A stretch of 61,655 nucleotides of DNA, filler included, from Choristocarpus tenellus KU-1152 (GCA_964200185.2; 9 parts of 9 records of this genome joined end to end with filler, not necessarily neighbours in it); one strand, 5' to 3'. Numbered from the whole stretch's first letter, positions 25,943 to 39,989 are shown. The notes: a model not told the origin generated them from the letters alone. Numbers and translations: made by a program.

Positions 25943-28345
25943 CTTTAGGGGACAGGGGACGTCTGGAGTGATCGCTCTTGATTCCGCCTGCCACTTTGCC
26001 CAACCTCCATCTAAAACCGAGACTTGATCATGACCATATAACCTGAGCACCATTTCAAGGACGATGCTACTTGTAAGATGAGACACAGAAGCTGGGGTGT
26101 GGGAAAAGCAGGTGCCCCTTTGCACTCAAAAAGGTGCACCATCAACCCAGCATATTTCCGCAGTTGATCTGAAAGGGACACAGGCTGCCTTTCGAAAGGG
26201 CCAGCTGTAGGGGGAAAAAAATGACAAACGTACTTGTCATCTTCCGATGTTGAGGAGGGTGTAGGGGCAAGCAGTGAAAGTCTGACGACTCCCTTTCTTG
26301 TTCACAGGGGCACAGAATCCGCAGATGATCGTCTCATTCTTTTCAAGGCAGAGCATGCAATACGTTCCCTTTACAGTATTTGTATAATTGAAGAAAAAAA
26401 AAATGCAGTGGTAGAGACTCTACAGTGTGTAATACTGTTCTGGTTCAACCTCGAGAGTCCTTCCTCTTCCGCTGCACCTCCCTGTGGTTCAAACTCTCCA
26501 TACACAACCCACCAGCACAACTGGAGGATTTGGAGAGGGGAACCCACGTACCACGCTCCCAGAACTAATATTTACTATTTACAAGGATTGGGGCAAGGGG
26601 GTGGCAGGGGCAGGGGCAGGGAGGACCACATGTGAATGTCAGCTGTAACTTGAATAGGCAAATAAGGAAGAAAATTCCTCTGCATCCTCACCGCATAGCC
26701 CACCAGAAACGTGTGGCAAATAGCATGTCTCCATTGTCGTACACCACAACATGTTCACCTTCCCCACAACGCCCTACCCCCTTCTCTTCCATGGCTTCCA
26801 CGAATTTATCCCTGCTACACAGCTGTGCCGGAACATCATTCTCCCCTACTTCCGCAATGTCCTGCAAAACGTACCCCACAGCATGTGCAAAGGAGGGATC
26901 CAGCAGTGGGAATGGTAGAGGTTGAGAAAGAGGAGGAGCAAGGACGGTGGGAAATGTCTGGAGGCATCAACTGAGAGGTAAAAGGTAGTGGGTGTAGGGA
27001 TGGTTGAAGAGCTCGGGGTTACACACAGCTCCTGGAAGAACTCACTCTAACTGTGGGCAAGAACAAAGGCGACAGAGGAGCAAGAACTGGCTCACAGCAT
27101 TAGCAGAGGGATCTGTGTGTGGTATCTATACATTCGGATGGGGGGTACATTCAAATAGAGAGGGATAGATCTATTTGGCAATCCTGATATTGTCATGCTA
27201 CCATAATTGGTAATACATGGACAATCTTGGGCATATATTGACTCCCCTTCCTCTTGTACTTCCTTTCTATGGTTTTTTAATTCAATATCCCACACTAATT
27301 GCTTTGGTCAAAGAGCAAAGAAATGTTGATTCCTCATGGTTGAGAATGGTCGCATGCCTTCCCTCGTATGGGCTTAAGGTGCTGAAAGTTGGAATGCCTA
27401 AAGTGTAGTCCAAAATTCCCGTGCAAGTCAGTTACACAACACAGTACCCAATACCTGTGGAATCTGCCCAACAGTCATAGTGGCATGATAATATTTAGGT
27501 GGGGAAGATCTCTAAAAGAAATGGCTAAGTGGGGTATGGATTCCGTTTTTCTTTTCTTATGTGCTTACTTGTGTACTCAAACAGGAAAAGTAGGCACTAA
27601 GTATTTTCGATAAAATATCGGAGTGAACCATGTGCAGGTAGTTGCCCTGGCAAGTCTTTACCCCTCTCTCCCCTTTTATGCTATGTATAGGGCACGGCAG
27701 TGTACAGGGCATGGCAACAGTCTTGCAAGACCCTGCTGTATCTTGGCGAGATTCGGTCATCTCTGAGTTCGCTCTTCCTCTGCTCTAAGAAAATGTGGCA
27801 AGGTAGAGATTATATCCTTCTTCAGCTAGCTCATGCTGTCAGGGAAAGCGCTTGCCAAAACATAATTACGACTAAAATAGCCTGAGGGAACACTACCTCA
27901 CCTCTGTCCAATCAACAAAAACGGATCCCGGTATGTGTGCATCGATATAGTCATCCTTGAGTCCTTCATATGCTGTGGAAAAAAAATCTGTTCCGTCTTC
28001 CTGCAGCTTGTTTACTTTACCACGAATGTCAATGATTGCCACCTGCGAGCGTGCATTGTGAGGAACGTCCCGCCTGAGGGGTCATTAGGTTGTAGATGAA
28101 ACACAGTGCTACCACCTTCCCTTCCTCTTCTTCAACAGGAGTAGTATATGCACCTTCGGATCATTCAAATTGTCCGCTAACCACTCAGTCGTCACGACAT
28201 TGGAGAGCTCATGTCCACACCAAGATGAACTGGCAGCATATCCTCGAGAAAGGAAAAAGTTACCTCCTTTAGGAGGTGGGACAAATGCATTGCAAAGCGT
28301 CACTACGCTACCAGGCAAGGCAAAAGACAGAATCCTTGTGCGCAT
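25943..28345 (-). CDS. Rhodanese-family sulfurtransferase (MST/TST-like), probably plastid-targeted; 3' end truncated
   Basis: Phase-consistent exons 28345-28154, 28042-27902, 26861-26692, 26042-25943. Motifs VVTTEWLADNL, IIDIR, HIPGSVFVDW, VVVYDNG...ATRFWWAMRLYGHDQVSVLDGGWAKW. Hydrophobic N-terminus ending CNA-FVP. Confidence 0.92.
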
Positions 28346-31249
28346 CCTAATCACAGTCTATGTAAACCACAAACACAAATAGAGGGAGAGTACAACACTC
28401 GTGTAAACTAATACAAGGAGAAGAAGCCAGTGTCGACCTTTTTTGAAGGTATCACCATAACACATTAAGCATCTCATACTAATAATCGATCTAAAATCCA
28501 AATATCCATTTTTTTATATTATCATATCAAAAGGACCCAATATTCTTGATATTCGTTCGATATTAGTTTGATATTGGATGTCAGAAATGAGAGGATTCGT
28601 CTCTATTTAGCAGGACAAAAGTTGTATTATACACTAGTGATGCGTAGTACGCTGTCTGGACTTTTTGCGTTTATGTGTCACATATTATTATGTGCCAGAG
28701 GTATGCAATATATTATATATATTATGCATCGTACAAACAACCACCACTACTACACACATTCATCCATCTGCTTGTTGTGAGATGCATGATGTGCAGAAAG
28801 CACCAATGATAAGTTCTCTTCCCTCCTCCTCCCTAATTTATTTAAGAACAGTTTTATTTCTTATCCTTACTCTTGTCAAGACCAGTATTGTTCATTACTA
28901 CCTTCAAAGCACATTTTATACCTGGTTGAACATGAAATGTGTGCCAGTCACAATTTGAACTTGTCCTGTCAAAATGTGCGGGCAGAACTTGAAGGGTAGG
29001 CAACACACACACACACACAAACACACACTAATGCATGCTGACCCAGCTGAATTACAACAGTAACAGTGTTTCAACATAATACCGTTCATAAAAAGGTGTA
29101 GTAAAGTTCCCTGCCTGAATTCGCTCACTTAAAGGTAGATAGGTAAAGAGAAAGACAAACATCATTACGACTAGTGTTGCTCTTATCACCCACATGAAGC
29201 AGTACTACAAACTGCTATCACACTGGTGCTGAAGTTGTGAATATGATATTAAACACATCCTCACAATTACGAACAACAAATCATTACACCTCACAGGGTT
29301 ATCCCACAACAGTGAGAGGCGATAGAAAAAAATGCATAAAAAAATACGGAAAAAAAATGGTTTGAAAATTGATTGAATCTCTTACTTCTTAACAATCAAC
29401 AATATCATACCTACTCTGCAGTGGACCTCTAGGTATCAAGTTCGTTAAGTTCACACTTGTTCACAAAACAGAACACGACCCAGCACACAAAACAAGAACA
29501 GCTGGAATTCCTTTGGTAGGGACTCATCTTCACCAACACACATAAATTTGGGATGCGACATGTGGTTGTCCACAGATTCATACTTCAAAGTACATCAGGA
29601 TTATTTACTAATTTCAAGTCATGAAAGGGAGACCATACCTCCATCACAATAACCCACATGAAAAATAGTCCTCACACAAAGACTCTCCAACAGAACATCA
29701 TCTATCTTCCTCTACATGTAAGGGACAACTCAAACAGTATCCACCCTGTATGTATCATCACCAAAGATACTGAACATCGAATTCACACGCAAAATGCAGA
29801 CATAAAAAAATAAATTAAATAAAAGCTTCCACAAAACACGACAGACAAAAAAACATCCCAACCCAACTGCACAAGAAAATGTCGTTAAACAGCAAAACCT
29901 CCACTGCCATTTTGGCGATATTATCGGAAGGGTACTGCCACTGTACCAGTACTAATTTAGCCGACTAGGAAATTAAATACAACACTAAAGCAAAAAAAAT
30001 ACAATACAAAACAGACCGGTAGAGCACAATTGCTCATGCTCACAGCAGGTGAGTTAGAAGAGCGATAATAGCACATGAGGGAGACAAAGTGATGTACTGA
30101 CACAATCTAACACACACGCACAAAATATTGTGATGCCACTGAGCAAAATGCAGGAATGGTTGTAGTGAGAAGTCGAGAGTCATCAATGCATGGTCACAGG
30201 AGCTCCCTCCGGATACTTGCAAGGATCTCCACGATCTAACAAGGAGGGCCCTCCAACTGAGTCAAAGGCTGTACTACAACACCATGTATACTATCCCCCA
30301 GCCTATTCATTGGTGTGCCGAACCACACCATTACATTTCGAAAAAAATGAAGTAACATAAAAAGAAATAATCATCCAAAGCATACTAATCACAAGTACAC
30401 CAACCTAAATATAAAAAACAGCTATCAGTAACAATTACACCACCACACCGCCATGCATGGTATACCACAACTTAGTACTACTTTACCAACATTGACACTC
30501 TGTATTTCCAACAAGGCACTAAACCTCCAAAAAAACAACACACCTAAAGAGTGTCAACAGGTACCAGTGCCTTCTTTCATGGACTGGCTTACACAGAGCA
30601 TACCCTGCCGAGCAAGTCAAGAATTTGAACTCCGGCCCAAGAGGGCATTGAATCGGCCTACTCCCTTGCCCACCTCCATGCCCCTACAATCCTCTGAACA
30701 GGTGCTTTCTTTCCTTCGGCGATCTGGACTCACTCCCAGATGATACTCAGCCATCAAATTTTGTAGAGTCTTATTATTTGTAGATGTGTTTGTTGGAGGT
30801 AGTAGAGCAATAATCAAAGGGGGTGGGGAAGGGGAACGTGTTCACCAAGGGATCAGAGAGGGCAAAAGAGATAAATGTCACGGTACGTGACAGCAAACTT
30901 CGCGATTTCGATAGAGGGGCAACATCTCTCAGCATTCATCGATGACGGGGAACACCTACTGACTACATTGTGAAAACATGACTTGCCTACTCTATACAAG
31001 AAGGTAAAGGAACCTGACATGTAGTATATCACCACAGATTAGAACCACTCTGACAATCATGAGCATACCTCACGGGCATATCAACTCCTACGATCGTCAG
31101 AATACAACCACTTATAAAGAGATCAAACTCAAACGCCTAGCATCATCTTACTTCTCCATTTCGCACACACACACTATGATTGAGACAAAACCTTCCCCCC
31201 ATTCATCGACATACAACACCACACACACACCCTTCGCAGCCCCATGACT

Positions 31250-32150
31250 TACCCCTTCCTCAATAGGCAACTGTAGAGCACGGAAGATCATCTGCTCTGC
31301 CCGGATAGACTCACACAGAGAGTCTTCAGCTGCATCCTTGAAGGTGGTGCCCGCCACACTTCTCCCTCCATGGGAACGAAGGCCAAATATTTGAGCACGA
31401 GGAAACTTGGTAACACGCATTATGCCCTCTAGATCAGCAGACTATGGGTACAGAGGACATACCAAGCAAAGTACAATTTTGGAAGAACATGGATGGTTGG
31501 AGGGAGCAATGTTGATGATGAGCAGGACCTCATACAAGAGGTAGGTAGATGGATCTGTGTCTAGGGTTGGTAGGGGTAAATAATGAGGGGAGCTAGAGTG
31601 TTGGCTGTCCCTTGCCGATTCCCAATCTAAAAAGGGTCTTAGGTTCATTCTGTGAATCAACGGCTAGCTGAATGAGTCGAAAGTCTTGAAACAGGTATGC
31701 AAAGTTTGAGACGGTGGGCTGTCACGACTGTGGAGGATCACCAGCGCAAAGCCAACCAAGTCACATCTGATGTTGGAGTTCAAAAACCTCATGAAACTGT
31801 CACAGTGAATGTTTATTGGGATGCCTAGGACAAACGACGACTATCATTCGAGCGGCTCGCTCATCCCGTCATCCCCAATTCTTTGAACCAGAAATCTGTC
31901 TGGGGTCCAGACTCAAAACACTCTGACAAAGAAAAGCATGGCGGCCCGATGCCTGGATGCAAGAGGGCACAAGACTGGGACGCCTCGGGGGACAGCAGCA
32001 GCTATCTCAGAGGGCTTCAGAATTTCCCGAATCAGTGCATTCCGACATCTGAAGGAGTATGACAGCCAGATTGCACAGGGCGAATGTATGGACCTTGTAC
32101 TACATCACAGTGAGTGATGTAACCGCCGTACAAGTATCCTCGATGTTTGG
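31250..32150 (-). mobile_element. Possible tyrosine-recombinase relic (DIRS/Ngaro/Crypton-like)
   Basis: Fragments PVLCPLAS (near 31960) and LRSHGGRSVAGTTF (HxxR-like, near 31370) occur in the expected order, with many stops. Confidence 0.3.
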
Positions 32151-32234
32151 AATGTCCCATTGGTGCACCACATTTCCTTCTGTAAATAGGCGGCCAAACC
32201 TGGGGTCTCCCTTGCCTCTTTATGGGATCTGTCC

Positions 32235-32802
32235 GAGTGCGAGAAGGTGCTTGTGTCATCCACAGTGGATAGGGAGAGGTATAAGAAGCTCATGATCGAG
32301 GATGTTATCTTATCCCCTAGCAACCAAGGCCCGCATGCCTAGACCGGAAGGACACACCATCTTCATGCAGCAGGACAGGGCAAAGCCACATGCCAAGGGG
32401 GAGATCATGGAGGCAATCGAGGAGGCGGCGGGGGATGGCATTGTCATAGAGACCCAGCCAGCCAACTCACCTGGCCTGAACATCAACAACCTGGGATTCT
32501 ATCATTCGATCCATGAACTGAAGGAAGACATCGGGGTGACCAACAAAGAGGAGCTGGTGGAGGTCACAATGCAGGCATTCGATGTATACCCCCCACAGAC
32601 ACTAAAGCACATCTGGCAGAGCCTCTTCACAGCCTACAGTGAAGTGCTGGGTCCGAGGGTGACAGGGTATTCAAAATTCCCCATCTTAGCAATGAAAAGA
32701 CTGAGAATATGGGCAGGCTCCCCCCGAATGTCACAGAGAACGCGGCAAAAAACCGTTCTGGAATGGAGTTTCGGAGTGCTTCGGGGCCGGAATCATAGAT
32801 AG
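32235..32802 (+). mobile_element. Decayed Tc1/mariner transposase, C-terminal half (plant-mariner-like)
   Basis: VDRERYKKLMIEDVI...KARMPRP...IFMQQDRAKPH...TQPANSPGLNINNLGFY; frameshifted; third catalytic D replaced by N at spacing 37. Confidence 0.85.
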
Positions 32803-33404
32803 ATGTAGGCTGCCCTATTTTGGTTGAGATTTTGGTGGGCAAGCTTTGAGAGTCTGTGCAATACACCAGTAAAACATGAACATGTGAACATGCAAAACTT
32901 GCAACAACAACAAAAAAAGTTGCTTCTTCATCAGGGTTGCAAAAGCCAAGTTTTACATTTCATTAATAACGGAGAAAGTACTTACTGAACACTGCATGGC
33001 AGTCTCACCTCCAGCAGGGACTGCATCTCCAGCAACACCGAAAGGGACACCTGAAAGATCAGCGGCCACCTCTCCACCAGGAACAGGTCCAAGATCTGAC
33101 ACACACAAAATTAACACAATAGTACGAATGGCAAACAACCAATGAGTTTAAAAGGAAACAAACCCGGAGGAGAGTTTAAGGGGCTGTTTAGTCAAATGTC
33201 GAACTGAGAAGTGATTACACATCAATGTGGTTGACTAAACAACAAAACTTTATTCGCTTGTGTAGGAGCAACAATGTAAAGAGTCCTGTGTGTGTATATG
33301 GGGGNNNNNNNNNNNNNNNNNNNNNNNNNNNNNNNNNNNNNNNNNNNNTTAATTAATTAANNNNNNNNNNNNNNNNNNNNNNNNNNNNNNNNNNNNNNNN
33401 NNNN

Positions 33405-33537
33405 CTTTTCACAACGTATACATTTTTCCTACTCTGAAACATTTCGGATTAGGAAAATGCCATTTAAAAAAAAGGGGAAGCCAAGCCCCAAATGGATAAA
33501 CAGGGCAAAAGTCGTACTCTCTAAGATACTTTCACTC
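33405..33537 (+). mobile_element. MITE family A, right half at contig start
   Basis: Ends ...CTCTAAGATACTTTCACTC. Confidence 0.85.
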
Positions 33538-33953
33538 CGTTGTTTAGTCGTTTTTGGTTCATATTATCATGGGCATGAAACAAGACCCCACCAAACAACA
33601 CCTCTCCATTACAAACACTGCTGTCTCACACACAATAGTCTCCAGGGTCTAACCCGTTACCCTAACGCAATCAACCCCCAAAACATTTGGTGGCTCTGCA
33701 GGCCGCCCAACTGGGTCCCCGTCTCGTCCCCCTTCAGGCTATCCTCGACCCTGACTTCACACACCTTCACCGTAACAACCTTGACAATTCTTACACCATC
33801 CTCCCTGGTCAATACCAGATATTCACTGCGGAATCAAATCGGCAATCCCTTGGCAGGATACCTGCTCGCTTCTCAAGGCAATGCAGACGCGGAGACACAT
33901 CCAATGCTATGTTCGGCCAAGGCACCACTTTCATCCTTTGCTGGAGTGAGGAT

Positions 33954-34202
33954 GAGTGAATCTTAGAGGGTAGGAATTTTGTCCTGTTTGTCCATTTGGG
34001 GTGTGGCTTCCTAGTTTTTTTATTTACCTACTCCGAAGTATTTCGAAGTAGGAAATATGTATGTGTTATGAAAAGGTGTGTCTGGATCAAGGATATATTG
34101 ACATTTCCTAGCAAACACGATACCCAAAATTACATCAAAATTTCAGCATTGGATTTTGGTCGCCAAATGGACGCGGCTCTACCCTCCAAGATACTTTGGC
34201 TC
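33954..34202 (-). mobile_element. MITE family A, full copy without TSD
   Basis: Both TIRs present (4-bp deletion in one); flanks GAT and AAA do not match. Confidence 0.88.
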
Positions 34203-34780
34203 AAAGGTATTGTCCAGGGGCAAGTCTGCGACGTTGACATAGACGATTCCGGGGCATGTATTTACTCTGTGCATTACTAAGGTGAGCATGGCGAGACCTC
34301 CTTGCCACCTGGGCTGCAGTCATTCATGACAGAGGACGAGATCGAGGAAGAGGTCAAACAACTACAGAAGGAGAAAAGGGACTGCGATAAGACTGCAGCC
34401 CAGCGTGCCAATCAACGCAGTGCACAGATGACTCTACAAGTGAACCATAGAGCGGAGGAGAAGGATACCGAGACATACATCCTCCTTGAACCATCATTGA
34501 GGGTTGTGTCAGATTTGGAAGGGGAAGGGGCACTTTATTCAAGAGTCAACGGCAGGGGACTGTGCTTTCAAATGGACGACCATTGGATGCAAGGGACCGT
34601 CACCAAATACCAGCCCCAATACACGGAGCTAGTGGGAGAGGAACGAGTCAGCTATCCCTATGAGGTGAAATGGGAGAATGGCGAGGTGCGAAATATCCAG
34701 CTTCTTGGATAACAATAAAGTACGGAGCCTAACGCGGAGCCAAGGTCCTGGTTCTGGACCAGTCCCACATTACTGAAATA
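34203..34780 (+). pseudogene. Intronless pseudogene fragment with two Tudor/SH3-like beta-barrel segments
   Basis: KGIVQGQVCDVD...YSVHY*GEHGE and WMQGTVTKY...YPYEVKWENGEV in one frame, separated by a single in-frame TAA. Confidence 0.4.
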
Positions 34781-35502
34781 TGGAAGAAAGGTTGTAGCAC
34801 GTCGGACACGCTACAATCCTCCCTAATTCATAGTGGTGTGTCACCCCCTCCCTTCATCCATCTAGTACATCATTCTTCCTGTGGACATCCCTGCCCTATC
34901 ATATTTAAGGTCGGACTTTGTTGCGGCGGTTCATTTTTCATTTATTTCATTGTGTGTTAACATCTAAGTCATCCCTTTTTCTTAACGTGTACTACTGCCT
35001 AACATTAGGTTGTTGTCTTGATTTACTATAGATGTTTAGAATCTGTATCTTAATCAATTTTCTCCTTATGACTACTGGTATACCCAATACCCAATGAAGT
35101 ATTGAGATGTATAGAATTTTAACATTGGAATTTAGAATTTCTTTCTCTCCGCTTGTTAAAAAAACAGATATTCTCACATCAGAAATTAATAAAACATCAC
35201 AACAGAATGAATTTGTTGTGTCCTCTCTTCTGGTGCAATCTTTTGTATGCAGCGCTCCTTGTACCCTATATATAGAGAGATAATCAACAACGAGAGCGCA
35301 TTCGTGTCTCCTCGATATCGTACTTTTACGACATCGATATGATATTCTGCACTCCACAAAGGAAGTTATTATATCTCTAAAATATACAATCCCGAATGCC
35401 TACCTACAAACAACTTCATCCCCTCGCATCCCCTAGTATATTGAACGCCTCCCTTCACGCCCTCACATATTGATGGGGCCCCAAGGTCAATTCACAAACA
35501 GA

Positions 35503-35759
35503 GAGTCAAAGTATGTTAGAGGGAGAGCCGCATCCATTTGGGTGACAAAATCCAATGTTGCGATTTTGATGTAATTTTGGCTATCGTGCTTGTTAGGAAG
35601 TGTCAATACCGTTGTTTTAGACACACCTTTTCATAACCTATACATTTTACCTACTCCAAAACATTTCGAGTAGATACAATGTAATAAAAAACCCGTGGGA
35701 AGCCAAGCCCCAAACGGACAAACAGGGCAAAAGTCATACCCTCTAAGATACTTTCACTC
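35503..35759 (+). mobile_element. MITE family A, full copy
   Basis: TIRs present; TSD AGA. Confidence 0.92.
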
Positions 35760-35906
35760 AGATATTGCTCACGCTGCATATGACATACTCTCTGGTACTT
35801 CATAACCTTAATCCAACTCGATCAAAGTGCTAAACCTACAAGAGATAAACATCCATAATCAACACTTCACCATAACACAACACGCCAAAACACCCGACTC
35901 CAGAAA

Positions 35907-36165
35907 GAGTCATAATATCGTAGTGGGTATAGTCGCGTCTAATTAGGGGTCAAAATCCAATCTTGCAATTTCAATGCAATTTTGGCTATCGTGTTTGTTT
36001 GGAGATGTCGATATCCTTGTTCCAGACACACCTTTTCATAACATGTACATTTCACCTCTTCCGATACATTTTGGAGTGGGTAAAATGTCATTAAAAACCC
36101 ATGGGAAGTCAAGCCTTAAATGGACAATCAGGGAAAAACTCGTACCCTCCAAGATACTTTCACTC
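35907..36165 (+). mobile_element. MITE family A, full copy
   Basis: Diverged left TIR GAGTCATAATATCG, intact right TIR; no clear TSD. Confidence 0.88.
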
Positions 36166-36429
36166 TATAGACCTCTAAAAAGGCTACTTTTGCAACATCA
36201 TCGCACAGTCCCATGTACATCTATGGCCTAGGTACATACGCTACGTGCAAAATATGCAATATTTCATTGAAACAAGACCAACCCTCCACGACTAAATACA
36301 CCTCAATATGTCATTTTCCCAACACTTCCATTCTATTTTTCCAGCACTTGGTACGGGTCCAACTGGACACCCCACTACAGACCCCCCCCCTCCCCCCCCC
36401 AGATACTTTGGCCCTCCCACCTCATTTGA

Positions 36430-36701
36430 GGCTCATAGTATCTTAGAGGGAGGGGGGTGTTTAGTCTTACTGGTTCATTCCAGACTTGATGCGGTGTTGT
36501 AAGATACCCCAATTCGATGCCCGTTTTGCGGGTGGATGTCCTTCCGATTTGGTCTAGGCATGGGGATGGAAAAAGAAGATGCGTTCAGATGAAGGAGACT
36601 TGCCCTTACATCTGACAAGTTCACTCATATGACATAAAATGACCACAGGGTCAAACAGGCCCCGAATGGACGCCTGACCCCCCTCTAGGATACTATGGGC
36701 C
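36430..36701 (+). mobile_element. MITE family B
   Basis: TIRs GGCTCATAGTATCTTAGAGGG / CCCTCTAGGATACTATGGGCC; 4-bp TSD TTGA; interior differs from family A. Confidence 0.88.
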
Positions 36702-37247
36702 TTGACAAGTTCAGAAAATACAGATGAAGAGTGTCAAGCATTCAAGTCCGATCATTTCATGAAGATGCTTTCAATTCTTGTGAGAAAGTAGATAATGTAA
36801 ATCAAAATAAGTTGGTGAAAGAGAAGTTGATTGTGTTAAGTCCAGCAATAGGAAACATTGTATCAAGTAGTCGATGATGAATGATTAGTAAGGAAGAGAG
36901 ATCAATTCGAACACCGGGGGGGCCCGTGGCTGCTTCTTCGAAATGTGATGATTGAGCTAAGATGTTGCATGATGTATAGCTACGGGATCTGTGCATGTCT
37001 TTGACCTTGAAAGTAGTTAAACAAAAAACTCAAATTGTGAAAGAGGCTCCACACATCATTGTCCAGATATAACCATGATCCAGACAGCATCAAAATACAT
37101 CACTTTCTGACTTAACCATCTCTACAAAATGTTTAGAAAAAAATTGAGAGTGCAGGTGGAAGGGACAGAGGGGGTGTCTGACAATGTTTGCAGATGTCCA
37201 CCAGTCCACATGTAGCCATAGCTAGTAGTATCTTCCTATAGAAATCA

Positions 37248-37506
37248 GAGTGAAAGTATCTTTGAGGGTACGAGTTTTGCCCTGTTTGTCGGTTTGGGGC
37301 TTGGCTTCCCACGGGTTATTTGATGACATTTTACATACTCCGAAACATTTCAGAGAAGGTAAAATGTTTATATTACGAAAAGGTGTGTCCGGAACATGGA
37401 TACTGACGCTTCCTAACAAACAAGATAGCCAAAATTCATCAAAATCGCAACATTGGATTTTGGCCCCCAAATGGACGCGGCTATACCTTCTAAGATACTT
37501 TGACTC
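37248..37506 (-). mobile_element. MITE family A, full copy
   Basis: TIRs present; 4-bp TSD ATCA. Confidence 0.92.
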
Positions 37507-39798
37507 ATCAGTGGTCGATTTTTGGTACCCTCCACCACACTAAAACGCCAAGATTTCTTGTACTCAGTATATTGGTTGCTTTAGTTCCTCCTTGATGTGA
37601 TTCAGTCTACCATTAGGGTTGATTGTTCACATGACGAATGACGAAAGCTCCTTCCATGCAACCCAATCCTCACGTGTTGATCAGACAACGGACCCCATTG
37701 GCAACAAAAATGTGCAAGATCTCCATCTGATAAGGAACTTTCTTCCCCATTCACATTCAATTCTTAGGGAGCTTAGCACTGTTCAATTGCATGTCTACAG
37801 AGCACTCCTCACGGTGTATGGGCCTCAGTAGTGTGTGTACTACCACAATTGCCCTAAACACGCAGGGGCTAATGATGTGACGGGGTAGAATAAATTGACA
37901 GCGAAGAGAAAGACAAGAAACGGAAAAGGGAATGGGAGAGGAGATACAAATGATGCTGGAGGTGGTAGAGGAAAAGCTGGAAAGTGTTGAAACCTGAATC
38001 GAATGCATTGTATATGTAATACATAGACTACGAAGGAAGAGGAATTATTGTGTTGTAAAGAGTAGGGAGCGTAGTCTGTGGTATGAGTAGATGTGATTGC
38101 GAGGTAAAGCACTGATGTATTTGTTCTGTTGCAACTGAAGTCATTGACCTCTCAGTTAAGAATGATGTGCTGTGAATACAGTGTTATTTCATGATATACT
38201 TAGTGAAAGAAGTACATGCTCTGTAAGAGGCTTGTTACCTTGGCTGGCAAGGGTTTCAGTAGATGGTTTTAACTCTGGGTGTATTACATCCAAGTGTGCG
38301 TCAGGGGTACTATTGTAGAGTGAGCTTGAGGTGCTCAGTGAGGGGACAATGACAATCAATAAAAAAATAACCAACAATTACCGTGCATCTGGGGTCTTAT
38401 GCATATAAAAAGAAAGAACAGAGATGGCAGCAAACAAAATACAAAGAGGAACACAAGGTAACAGTGGGACGCACTTGATGCAAGTTCCGAAGTAACTTGG
38501 ATGATGTGTGCTATGATGTTCCTGTGTGTGATGTGGATCAACTGAATATCAACTGATGCTATACTTCTATCTACTGTCATCGATGTGATGATGAGTTGGA
38601 ACGCGCAATAAATAAATGAACACTAAAAACCAGTGCAGTGCACCAATCAACAGTCAGTACAAGCTGGTAGTTTGTGTATCATATCAACAAGAAACAAATG
38701 AGTAGCCTATGTTTTAACAGAAAGGTCTATTGTATCGTTGAGGGTGGGGAGGCGCTTAGCTCAGGTTGTCCATTTGGGACTTTTTTGGGTATTGTAAAAC
38801 ACTCCAGTTTGATCACCCGTCCTGCAGGTGATTTTCTTCGGATTTGGTCCAGGGAGGGGTATGGAAGAGTAAGGTACACCCAGATGAAGAAATTGACCTT
38901 TACATCTGAGATGTTCACTCAAAGGATATAAAAATCGGGAAAAGGTCACAAAGGCCGCTAGTGGACACCTGACTCTCCTTAATAGGATGGTATGGACCAC
39001 AATCCACCAGTACAGTTGGTGAATTCTCTTGCGGAAAAGGTCAAAGTTAGTGGAATCGAACCTCGGTACTACTTCTTTCCCGTTTCCTTTCCTGATCACC
39101 TACGGTGGAAGAATAAATACAGGGTGAGAGAGAATTACAGGGACAGGCTCAAAGAGAAACACAAAGATTGGAATGACTGGTTGGGAAGAGATTGCAATTA
39201 GTGGCATGATGACCCATGGATAATGCCAAATAGATTCCCAGCCTCCGATATGGTCAAATATTGAGATGCTGCTGTTTCACCAGAGAAGAGATTCACACAA
39301 CTATCTGCCCTGGTGGAACAGTGGTATCTTAAAGTTTGACCGGCTGGTTTGTACTACAGTACTGACGTGAACAAAAAACACAGTTTGATCTACACCTTGT
39401 TGAAAGCTTGGGTGATATAAGACTGATTGCCAAGTACTGTCGTCAGAGTATTTGGGTAATATATACTACCTCTATCCCATAACTTTGTGATGTTGTGAAT
39501 TTTCACTTTTTGTTTTTGTGGTTTCTTTACGAATACGAATACTTTCCCAATAATATATGACTCAAATCGAAGCTCTGGATATAATTGTTCGGAGGGGATT
39601 TTTGGTTTTACATTTTGCGTGGAAAGCATGTTTGTCTGTTATTATACCGTTATTTCCGTATGCCATATACAGTTATACCGTGGTACCGAGTGAGGTTCNN
39701 NNNNNNNNNNNNNNNNNNNNNNNNNNNNNNNNNNNNNNNNNNTTAATTAATTAANNNNNNNNNNNNNNNNNNNNNNNNNNNNNNNNNNNNNNNNNNNN

Positions 39799-39982
39799 TT
39801 TGACTATCATGTTTTTGAGGAAGTGTCAATATCCTTGTTCCAGACACACCTTTTCATAACGTGCAAATTTTACCTACTCCGAAACGTATCGGAGTAGGAA
39901 AGAGTCATAAAACACCTGTGGGAACCCAAGTCCCAAATGGACAAACAGGGCAAAACTCGTACCCTCTAAGATACTTTCACTC
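39799..39982 (+). mobile_element. MITE family A, partial at contig start
   Basis: Family A interior plus right TIR. Confidence 0.87.
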
Positions 39983-39989
39983 TATGTTT

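Noticed and set aside
12003-32150. Functional linkage of the LRR cassettes to the nearby recombinase or transposase relics (RAG-like system)
   Set aside because: They lie on different contigs separated by an artificial linker, and the enzymes are decayed.
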